From assembly GCF_004010195.1 (NCBI RefSeq), contig NC_057719.1, forward strand, positions 81,576,340 through 81,640,339: a stretch of 64,000 nt of DNA, in the 5' to 3' direction. Position 1 is the stretch's first letter; the number at the start of each line of letters is the position of its first letter. The position numbers and the translations under genes are program-made. Positions 53,417 to 64,000 of the stretch are shown one piece after another. The notes beneath the pieces were generated by a model, which was not told the origin of the DNA, searched no databases, and saw only the letters and a program-made list of their open reading frames with translations. The DNA is from Chiloscyllium plagiosum (Eukaryota).

Positions 53417-54160
53417 TACAGGATAACTTTATAAATAACTTGGATGAAGAGGTTGAGGGGTGGGTTAGTAAATTTGCAGATGACACAAAGGTTGGAGGTG
53501 TCGTAGATAGTATAGAGGGCTACTGCAGACTGCAGCGTGACACAGACAGGATGCAGAGCTGAGCTGAGAAATGGTAGATGGAGTTCAACCTGGACAAATA
53601 TGAAGTGATGCATTTTGGAAGGTCAAACTCGAATGAATATAGGATTAAAGACAGGATTCTTGACAGTGTGGAGAAACAGAGGGATCTGGGTGTGCAAGTA
53701 CATAGATCCCTCAAAGTTGCCACCCAAGTAGATAGGGTCGTTAAGAAAGCATATGGTGTTTTGGCTTTCATTAGCAGGGGTATCAAGTTTAAGAGCTGCG
53801 AGGTTTTGCTGCAGCTCTGGTAAGACCACACTTGGAATATTGTGTCCAGGAAAGATACAGAGGCTTTGGAGAGGGTGCAAAGAAGGTTTGAGAAGTCATA
53901 GTTTGAAGATAATAGGAGGAAGGTATAAAGGAGATGTCAGAGGTAGGTTCTTTACGCAGAGAATTATGAATGCATTGGCAGCTCTGGTGGTGGAAGCAGA
54001 GTCATTGGGGACATTTAAGCGACTGCTGGACATGCACATGGATAGCAGTGAAATGAGGGGTGCATGGGTTAAGTTACTATATTTTACATTAGGATTAAAT
54101 TTTGGCACAACATCGTGGGCCAAAGGACCTGTTCTGCGCTGTACTTTTCTATGTTCTATG
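53417..54160 (+). mobile_element. CR1/HER1 RT to 3' end fragment with internal deletions
   Basis: VSKFADDTKVGG, MEFNLDKYEVMHFG, QRDLGVQVHRSLK. Confidence 0.88.
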
Positions 54161-54439
54161 AAGCACCGCAGCAACTTATTAAACTTCCTTCAACTGCAGT
54201 TCTCCATGAACACTATCATTTAGAAATTCAACGACAGCAGATACATGGAACATCACCTCCTGCAAGTTCTCCTTCAAGCCCCAATCACCTTAATTAATTA
54301 GATACCATTAAAACATCTAATTCTGAAGTAATCCACTTCTGATGTCCCAAAATTCTTTCTTATGAAGCAAGATTCTGGTTGAACTATCCCTTAACTGTTT
54401 TGCTGCAAAACCTTTGTTCACCTTAGTGAACAAAAACAC

Positions 54440-55140
54440 AATAAAACCATAAGATATAGGAGCAGAAATTAGGTCATTCAGCCCATTGAATCTGCTCCGC
54501 CATTCAATCATGGCTGATAGGTTTCGCATCCACATTCTCCCGCTTTCTCTCCATAACCCATGATCCCCTTGATACTCAAAAACCTAGCCTCTACAGCCTT
54601 CTGTGGCAATTAATTCCTAGATTCACCACTATCTGGCTGAAGAGGTTTCTCATCTCCGTTCTAAAAGGTCTTCCCTTTACTCTAAGGCTATGCCCTTGAG
54701 TCCTAGACTCTCCTACCAATGGAAACATCTTCCCAACATCCACTCTGTCCAGGCCATTCAGTATTCTGTATGTTTCAATTAGATCACCCCTCATCCTTCT
54801 AAACTTCATAGAGTATCAACCCAGAGTCCTCAAATGTTCCTTATATGTTAAGTTTTCATTCCTGGGACCATTCTCCTGAATCTTCTCTGAACACGCTCCA
54901 GGGGCAGTACATCCTTTCTGAAATATGGAGCCCAAAACTGTGCATAATACTCCAAATGTGGCTTGACTAAAGCCTAAAAGAGCCTCAAAAATATATCCCT
55001 GCTTTTATATATTCAAGTTCACTCTGAATAAAACCATCATTGCATTTGCCTTCCTAACTACTGACTCAACTTGAAAGTTTACCTTGAAAGGAGCCTGGAC
55101 TAGAACACCCAATATCTTTGCACTTCAGACTTCTGAATGT
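54440..55140 (-). mobile_element. CR1 LINE 3' fragment
   Basis: FRRMRGDLIETYRILNGLDRVDVGKMFPLVGESRT. Confidence 0.85.
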
Positions 55141-55883
55141 GGAGATACATGGAAATACTATCAATTGCTGTTTCCTCTCCAAGTTACTCTCCATCCTGGC
55201 TGGAAATATATCACTGTTCATTCACTGTCGTTGGGTCAAAATCCTGGAATTCCCTCCCTAAGGGCATTGTGGGTCTATCTACAGCAGGTGGACTGCAGCA
55301 GTTCAAGACAACAACTCACCACTACCTTCTCAAGGACAACTAGAGATGGGCAATAAATGCTGGCCAACCAGCGACACCCACATCCCATGAAAGAATAAAG
55401 AAGAAATCCATCAGGCCTGAGCTTTAAAGGTCCAAATGAGTCCAAAAAGGTCCAAAGCTTCTTCTGGGAGAAAATAGCAGATTTGTAGTATCTTGTGTGT
55501 GATTACGTAATTCCTGGTTTCATTCCTGAAAGGCCTAGTTGCAATTGTGAGGTTACAAACCCTATTCTTGATTCTTCCACCAGCGGAATTAGTTTATCTC
55601 TCACTCTTTCAGTCGTTATCCATCACTTGAAGCATCTCAGTTAGCACTCCTCAATGTCCTGCAAGTCTGGAAACAAAAGCCAAGCTGTGCAACCTGAACA
55701 TTAATGGAATGTTCTGCAGGGGAGACAAATATATTACTGATAGCTGTATTCAAGACAAAGACTTTTTAAAGCCCATTTGTGCTTGACAGCTTGAAAAAAG
55801 ATTTTTAAAGAACTTACTGATTATATTAATAAAGACAATATGATAGGTATGGTATACAAAATATAGACATGGATTAATTACAA

Positions 55884-56210
55884 TGTACACAATGGTGTAA
55901 TGGGTTACCTGTAGTATACATGGAGGAGTATTGGGTTAATGTTAGTGTACACAGTGGAGTATTGGGTTAATGGTAGAGTACATGATAGTGTAATGGGTTA
56001 ACTGTACTGTACACAGTGGGAGAATTGGGTTAAAGTTAGTGTACACAGTGGATAATGGGTTAACTGCTGTGTAGACGGTAGAGTATTGGTTTAAGCGCAC
56101 ATGGTGAAGTAATGGGTTAATGGTAGAGTACATGGTGTAATGGGTTAACCACTGTACACAGTGGAGTATTGGGTTCACGTTAGTGTACACAGTGGAATAA
56201 TGGGTTACCG
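55884..56210. repeat. Degenerate ~30-bp tandem array (gtacacagtggagtattgggttaatgttagt), about 11 units
   Basis: Repeated gta(a/t)tgggttaa and gtacacagtgg blocks. Confidence 0.85.
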
Positions 56211-57242
56211 TGATAAGTCTATGATGTACTGATGTTATTGGTTACATGACGGTGGGGGGAGAGTTTGGAGAGAGATCTCATGAAGAAGACCCATAGGAAT
56301 CTTAAGTCTGTGAATCAAAAGCCAGTAAATAAAAGGTTCTTTTTTAAATCAACAGTCTGCACAAAAATTATCAGACCCCCTAACTCTCGACAAGAGGATG
56401 GGACATGGCGACAACAGATGATCCCAACATCAGACAAACATTGAAGAAAAAGTTAGTAAGATGGCAAACCTACAGAGGGACTTTGACAGCAGTTCAAAAT
56501 GGAAGAAAGGAAAAAATTCCAAACTCACCATGGGAGCAGCCGGCATGAACTGGGGAATGGAATCAGAATCAGAAAACAGAAAAATAGCAACTAAGCTTCC
56601 TTCAGGGCTCCACAGTATTATTAAATCATCACAGACACTTCCAGGGCCGAACATTGAGAATCCAGAAGTGGGAAGGGAGCATTTTATCAGAAAGCAAATG
56701 GCCTCAAGAGTTCAAGGGAAGGGGCCCCCCATGATCAGGTCAGTCGTCTGCTCCATGCAATCGCAAATATCATAGATGATGTGTCAATCATGCAAGGATG
56801 GGATGAGATTTCATCTCCTTCCAAAGAAATCCTGTGAGCCTTCGGTGAATATTTTAGTTTTTGTAAGAACCTGATCATTGAGCAGATTACATTTATAAAT
56901 GGAAGCAGGAAATGGATTACTTTATCGGTGATCCTTACAGATTAGCAGAAAATGGCACGAGTGGATATCTAAAGGATGAACATCTAAAGGAACAGATATC
57001 TAAAGAGTGATAGTCATTGGCTGCTAGATGAGGTATTTTCTGCTTTATGGCAATCAAAGGAGAATTTATGCTTCTGAAGGTGGTCGAATGTTGTTTCTGA
57101 GGCAGAGATGCAGACTGAAGCCAAATCATTTAATAAAACGTGGAAAGCCTGAAGCTCCATTAAAAAAGTCAAGTGAGTTTACAGGCCCCAAAACAGAAAA
57201 TGTGCTAGCACCAAAAGCTGTCAAAAATGGTGCACCAAAATG

Positions 57243-57520
57243 GAGGTAGCACAGTGCCAGACACATGGGTTTGATTTCAGCCACGGGTGACTGCCTGTGT
57301 GGAGTTTCCATGTTCTTACTGTGCCTCGATGGGTTTTCTCTGGGTGCTCTGGTTCCTTCTCACAGTCCAAAATGTGCAGATTACGTGGATTGGCCATGCT
57401 AAATTGCCTATAATATCCAGGGACTTGCAAGGGGATAGGTCTTGGTGAGATGCCGTTTGAAGGGTTGGTGTGGATTCAATGGGCTGAATAGCCTGCTTCC
57501 ACACTGTAAGGATTCAATGA
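57243..57520 (+). mobile_element. HE1 SINE nested in the Gypsy gag region
   Basis: HE1 body and tail. Confidence 0.8.
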
Positions 57521-59156
57521 ATTCCCATTCGAAAATACTTTAGATTTGGAAGGAACAAGTCACAGAAACATGATGACTGTCCAGCAGGGGAGCAGAGTGC
57601 CACAACTGTGGTAAATCCAGTCATTTTAAAAAGTATTATTCCAAAACCATAATCATGTGAAGTAAAACACAAGAGTATTGAACATAACCAGATACAGGAA
57701 TTAGGAGAATTTCAGCCACTGAAGCTAGTCAACCTGGGAGGGAACAATTACCTCGGCAATATATCGTGGTTAGTAAGTCTCAATGTAGAGGGACATTTTA
57801 CTGAGTTTAAACAGGACATTGCAACTGATGTTTTTACAGTAGCTGAATATAAAAATGGTTTGAGCAGATCAAGTTAAACATGTGACAATCAAACTGCAAG
57901 GCCCAAGGATACAAATTTGAAAGTAAAAGATGAGTGGTGAGATTAAAATATAATGACAGAGAGATAACAACCACTTTACAATTTACAGAAAAAGTCTTTT
58001 TTTAACCTCTAAGCAAGAAAGGTGCTCGAGATCAGAACAGATTTATAAAATAGATGAAGCTACTAAGGAAGAAAGCAATAACATTTATAAAAGAATTTTG
58101 TCAACGTTGTCAGGTTTAGATGGATTGAAAGATAAGTACCACATACATTGCAGGCAAATATGAAATCAGTTTGTACTTTTACTCCAAGCAAGATAGGACA
58201 CCCACTCTGAGAAAGGTACCATAGTGTGTTTAGTGAGGACAGAAATTGAAAGAATGAAACAAGTGGGAGTGATTTCACTGATCAACCCAAGTGGTGTGCA
58301 GTTGTGGTCACTATTTCCAAAGTAAGTGGGGATATTCGGGTTTTCTTGGACCTGGATAAATTCAAACAAGCTGTAAAGTATATGATCCTTCCAGTGTTAT
58401 CAGAGTTCCATTAGTGAACATTACAATGTTCACAAAATCAGACACTCAGTGGATTTTGGCAAATACCTTTAGTCCAGGAGTCGCAGCAATTAACTATTTT
58501 TATAATGCCTTTTGGTCATTGTTACTCAACAGACTACCTTTGGAAGAGTGTCCTGTACCTGAAATACTCCAATGGGCAATGTTCAACTTACTCCAAGGGA
58601 AAAGATGAAATAGTTTAGAATATGGAGAGAGCATTTTGACAGATAACAGAACTGAAAAGGTACTTGGAGAAATTCATACATAATCTGTCAGCGATTAGTG
58701 AACTGTAGAGGGAGCTGTTGAGACAAAGCCATCAGTGGTGCTGGAACATTGATGAGAGAAATTATTTCAAAGGCATCTTGGAATTGTTTCCTTCTTCCAA
58801 ACTATTAGCACATTGCAATACATAGTTACCGGTAAGAATTTCTGTGTGTCCATCTTCTCTTCTCAATCTTTTTTCCCAGCAATACCCATTATAGATATTC
58901 AATCCAGTGAACTATTACTCCTACTTTCATTCTTTAATTTTTTTCTTACCCAACAGTTGAGGTTGCAAGACTTTCCATTTGATAACTTGCTGCACATTCA
59001 CCAGATGTGATTTTCTCCAACTCAATGAGATACACAGACAGGCTAATTCACTAACTTTTCTCTGACTACTTCGAGGCTGCTAAACGTCACATCTGCTACG
59101 AATCCCTTCTTCTGAATTGAACTGCTTCTGGCCTCTCTTTCTAGAAATAGTAAACA

Positions 59157-59385
59157 GAGTTGAAGACTGTGATGCTGGAAAAGTACAGCCGGTCAGGCAG
59201 CATCCCAGGAGCAGTAGAATCAACATTTTGGGCATAAGCCCGTCATCAGGAATCCTGATGAAGGTCTTATGCCCGAAACATCTATTCTCCGGCTCCTCGG
59301 ATGCTGCCTGACCGGCTGTGCTTTTCTAGCATCACACTCTTCAACTCTGATCTCCAGCATCTGAATTCCTCACTTTTTCCATAAG
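59157..59385. mobile_element. Palindromic Penelope-like element with hammerhead remnants on both strands, nested in the Gypsy element
   Basis: Centre catcagg-aat-cctgatg; TSD tagtaaaca (59148-59156 / 59386-59394); + strand CUGAUGAAGGUCUUAUGCCCGAAACAUC. Confidence 0.75.
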
Positions 59386-61235
59386 TAGTAAACACTCAAC
59401 TTAGTAAAGGTTTCAGAAATCATCTCACCAGGTAGCTCATCTAGTCATCTAACTCAATCCATTACTTGGAAATACTGGTTTGATACATTGCTAAAAAGAA
59501 ACAATAATTTTCTGACCCTTAAAAACACATTACCCTCACAGAACTGGAAACCAACCTCCTTTTACCTCTACCTTAGAACCAAGTTCCAAATAATAATATA
59601 TTCTAATCACAGAATATTAAAATATTGAGTAAGAACTCAATAGTGAATTTGGTATTCAAGGATTACCTGTTAAATATTCAACCATCAGTCTCAGCTATCA
59701 ACTATTAGGGGGAAAAAAAAGAACTTTTACCACCATAATTTCCAGCAAGGCCTTGGGAAAAGGTAGAAATAAAAATTGTATCCGAGCAGAAACAGTGATA
59801 AAATCATTCAAATAAATCTATTCAACTCACAGTATTCCTGACGTAGCTCCATTTGGAAAAGAGAATTTTGAAAATTTGCCGAAGATTATGGATTCATTCA
59901 TCCAACAAATGCACCTTATTGCCCTCAAGCAAGTGGTGAAGCAGAAAGAGGAGTTTGATCTATAAAGGAACTACTGAAGAAAACTTCTATCCAGTCAATC
60001 TATTGATCCTCACTCATGAAAAATGGATTACTAACAGCAGAACTGAGAACACAGAGAAGACTGCAAATGTAGCTTCCACATTTTGAAGATATTAAGACTT
60101 TGTACACTATGATAAAGTGAAGTGAGAAAACCTGAGGAAGTCCAAGCCAAAACAAACTAGGAACTTCAATCACTACCCTCGAGCGATGGAGTTACCAATT
60201 CTTGAGCCAAGGGAAGGATTTGGACCTAACACTGATAAGTGAAGGAACTGTTCTTTGAAAAGATTAGGTGATTTAAAAGGCATCTGGATGGGTACATGAA
60301 TAGAGAGGGATTAGAGGGATATGGGACAAAGGTAAGCAAATGGGACTAGATTAATTCAGATTATCTATGTGGCATGGACAAATTGGATTGAGGGTCTTTT
60401 TTCCCTGTTGTATAACTTTGTGACTCTGTGGCATACCAGGATTTATGGTACAAACATTATACAGTGTTGTAAAGAGAAACTGGAGAGCCTTAGTATTCTT
60501 GACAAGAAAATCAATGCAAACATGGGCATACAGCCTGACCTTGAAGAAGGACAGGGACACCACCCCTATATCACTGAAATATGTAGGAACTACCCAGGCA
60601 GACTCAAGATAAGAGAAGGGGAGGATGCAACAGACCATCAATATCAGTAATAAATACAAGTGAGATCAGGGAGCTGAGTAAATGTGCCTCAAAGACTAAC
60701 CCTGCAATATTTGAAATGTTTAGGAGGAGGGGAGCGTGGGGGAAATGGGGGAGGTTTAAATATTGGGAATAGAAACTTTGATGCAGGGATACAGTTTGGA
60801 GTAATGGGTTAACAACAACATGAGTCTAGACAAAGAAAACATGGTGTGATGATAATGGTAGGTTGACATAACCAGAGAAAGAATCTGGAGGAGCTCATGA
60901 AGAATGAGCTCATGTAAAATAGAAACTGTCTAAATAGAAAGTCTGGAAATAAAAGGGATGGAACATAGGTCCAAACTTAGTGCTAGAAAGAAACATCTTG
61001 AAAGGCTTAAACAAATTTGATACAGTGCAATGTGACCAAAGTCTTGGTCGAAAAGGTATATGTTAAGGAATGTTAAGGGGGAGAGATAGAGAGACAGAAA
61101 GGTTTACAGAGGCAATTCCAAAAATCAGGACTAGACAGCTGAAATCAGGGTCACTGGTGGTAAGATAAGGAAAACTGGGTGTGCCTAATAGGCTAGGGTT
61201 GGGGGATTAAAGAGTTGTAGGACTGCAGATAATGA

Positions 61236-61262
61236 AGGGGCGGGGGGGGGGGGGGGGGGGGG
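61236..61262. repeat. Poly-G tract
   Basis: Directly visible. Confidence 0.9.
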
Positions 61263-62514
61263 TGTCTGAAAACAAGGGTGAGAATTTAAAAATTGTGCCA
61301 GTGTTCCCTCATGCAGAATTTTTCATTCCAACATTGTCTTCCTTCTCTTGCAAATAGAAAATTAAAAATTTCCTCGGACAGGGGTATTTCAATGCTTCCT
61401 TTTACAAAGTTATGAAATCATGAGGTCTTTACAATTGCAACCAAGTCTTCTTGGGTTGATGGGTCTGGCTGGGCCTGCTCAACTTGACGTTCTGAATAAG
61501 TCACTGAGCAGATGTAACTACAAGGTTACGCTGAGAGATAGTTCCTACCTTGTTATCTTTTACACTGCCTCAGTATGCTGTCATATAGGGGCAGTTTGTG
61601 GAATTACAGTGAAGATGGGTTTAATACAACATAGTGAATGGTAGAGGGAAATACCAGAGATATGATGCTGCTCACTATTTTGAACAAAAATGGTAATGCA
61701 CATTAATGAGTTTTCAATGTCAAATAGTTACCAGAATTGAGCTTTTCTTCTCTTAACGTTTCCTAAATCACAACAGCGATTACACTTCAAAAGTACTTCA
61801 TTAGTTGTTAAGTTTTGGCCAAGAAAACTAACTAAATGCAAGTATTTCTTGCTTTTTTTCTTCTGGAAATGGGGAAAATAATTTCATTTTCTCGCAACTA
61901 ACTTGTAGAATTGTTATGCATAGACTAGCAGACTAAATACTAAAGAACATACCTCCCATCCCTATTGGTGACACTTTGCACAATGGCATGATTGCTATCC
62001 TAAATGATTAAATTCTCCTCAAAATGCTCCAGGGCCTCATCCCTTTCTATTTCTTTAGCTTCCTTAAATGCTCACAATCCTCCAACAATTTACTGTTCCT
62101 TCTGTCAATCCGTCATTTTCATCATTGACATTCCAACTACTGACAGTTGTGCCTACATCTATGAACTCCATTGCAAAACCTCTATCACTTCCAAATCGAG
62201 TCAGACCGTATTCTCACCAGCCCTAATATCGGCTTATGTGGCTTAGTGTCAAATGTTGTTTGGTAACATGCCTGAGATGTGCCTAGGAATGTTTCAGCAC
62301 ATTAAAGGATCAATATAATTGCAAGTTGTTATTGGTCAGAGATGATGACTGCAATGGTACTTTTTGATTTTCTGTTCTGAGGATATGAAACACTGGAGAT
62401 TAAATTTCTGCTGGTTATATATCTCCCATCTCAAAATGAGTTCCTGTTCCACTGGGACTTCTGGCCTATATCTTCGGTCTCACAGACTGAGCAAGTCTCA
62501 TCTGCAGTGTGTCT

Positions 62515-62932
62515 TACAATTATACAATGACAATACAATATAATACAGCACATGAGCAGGCCCTACGGCCCACCAAGCCTGCGTCGATTCCTATTCTTAC
62601 TTAAACCCATTACTTGTTGCCCATGCGTGGTTTCTATCTCTCTGTTTACCTCCCATTCATATGTCTATCAAGATACGCCTTAAACATCGTTAACGTGCCT
62701 GCCTCCACCACCTCCACTGGCAGTGCATTCCAGCCACCCACCACCCTCTGTGTGAAAGCTTTAACCTGCATTTCTCCCCTAAACTTTTCCCCTTTCACCT
62801 TGAACCTGTGTATTCTTGTAGTTGACCTTTCCATCCTGGGAAAGAGTCTCGGACTATCCATCCTATCCATGTCTCTCATAATTTTGTAGACCACTATCAG
62901 GTCACCCATTAGCCTCCATCTATCCAGTGAAC
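62515..62932 (-). mobile_element. CR1 LINE 3' end with (attgt)n tail
   Basis: GDLIVVYKIMRDMDRMDS..FTQRVVGGWNALP; (tacaa)n at 62515-62548. Confidence 0.85.
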
Positions 62933-64000
62933 ACATTGAAGGATAAAACTTCTTTTTACATTGTAGTATATTTTAAATCTTAAATGGGCACACTTATGAG
63001 GTCTATTGTATACACGGTTGCAAAACAATGGGATTTTCTGGCCTTGTACTTCACCTTGTACATGTACTTGTACATATCAGAAAACACTACAATTCCTGCC
63101 CTTATATATTTTTTAGCATTTGGAATCTTAAGGGACCACGTCAGACTATGCCAGTCTATTTATCCTTTAACCAACTGTAATATAGATAATATTGTACTGG
63201 CAAACTTACCTAGCATTGGGTATGTTCCTATTATATAGTAATATTGAAATTATGGTAATTAATGGACTTCAGCCAAAGATAATCAGAGTACTGCTCTGTA
63301 ACTATATAACACAGCATAGATTCATTATGCCACAGAATACATTGAATTTGAATGTGGCTGAATAAAGAGTTAAGCTGTTCTGAAGTGGAAGACTGAATGC
63401 TTCCTTTTTAACCCCTTGGAAATGTTAAGTTCTGCATACTTCCAAATCTCCTCTTCCCTTGGGGATTGGTGTACAGCTGATGATAACCCTCAGGGCCTTG
63501 CCCGATGCTAGGATGTGAACAATGAGTGGTGGCACGTAAGCCACTTAGCATGGCTCAAACAGTCTATACCTTACCTGATATTCACACACGTCCCTTTATC
63601 AAGATTCATTTCCAACACACTGGAGTTGCTGGCAGGTCTAAAATTTATTGCCCATCCTTTGTTGCCCTTGAAAAATTGGTGGTAGACCTTCTTCTTGAAT
63701 CTCTATAGTCTGTGTGGTGGATGTACTTGCTTGGTTCGGTTAAGCATGTTTTCCAGCATTTTGACACACTGACAGTGAAGAAATGCCAATATATACTCAA
63801 TAGAGATGGCATGAGATGTCAAAAGACACTTTGAGTTAATGTAGTGTTATGCACATGTTGCCCATGTCCTTTTACCATATGGTCCTGGATTTGGGAGATG
63901 TTACCAAGGCAGTACTTGGAGAGACATTGTGAATGGTACACTCTCAGTGAGAGTACACTATTGACAAGGGAAGGAATGCTTACAATGGTGGATGAACTAC

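Larger units (their letters stand above)
55880..60965 (+). mobile_element. Decayed Ty3/Gypsy-type LTR retrotransposon, antisense within the LTK intron
   Basis: LTR end ...ggatgggaca|TGGCGAC (PBS-like, 56406). Gag knuckle CHNCGKSSHFKKYY at 57598. Protease FKQDIATDV at ~57806. RT segments EIERMKQVGVI, KVSGDIRVFLDL and SGFWQIPL at 58230-58590. Integrase YGFIHPTNAPYCPQASGEAERGV at ~59885-59955. PPT at 60722-60734. The 3' LTR ends ...aataaaagggatggaaca at 60965. The 5' boundary is approximate. Confidence 0.8.

Overview
This window is eukaryotic and repeat-rich. The HE1-type SINEs, HER1/CR1 LINEs and Deu-domain SINEs point to a cartilaginous fish, probably a shark (inference). It holds the 3' halves of two convergent genes. 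On the + strand is an inositol-1,4,5-trisphosphate 3-kinase (ITPKA by sequence and by adjacency to LTK), with four coding exons at 2762-16783. One conserved kinase exon is missing and probably lies in the 500-N gap at 9039-9538. On the - strand is an ALK/LTK-family receptor tyrosine kinase (LTK), with ten coding exons from 47003 to 28775 covering the juxtamembrane region, the whole kinase domain and a long ALK-like C-tail ending in -ITSV. The non-coding DNA contains CR1/HER1 LINE fragments, HE1 and Deu-domain SINEs, a decayed Gypsy-type LTR retrotransposon (~55880-60965), a Tigger/pogo-like MITE and minisatellites. It also has many Penelope-like elements and small TSD-flanked fold-back derivatives that carry minimal hammerhead-ribozyme cores. 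The most notable leads are these ribozyme-bearing mini-retroelements, a chain of exon-like antisense segments inside the ITPKA intron, a frame-compatible 46-nt candidate exon in place of the missing ITPKA exon, and the ALK-like tail with a PDZ-type motif on this LTK. All calls come from reading the sequence; no searches were run.
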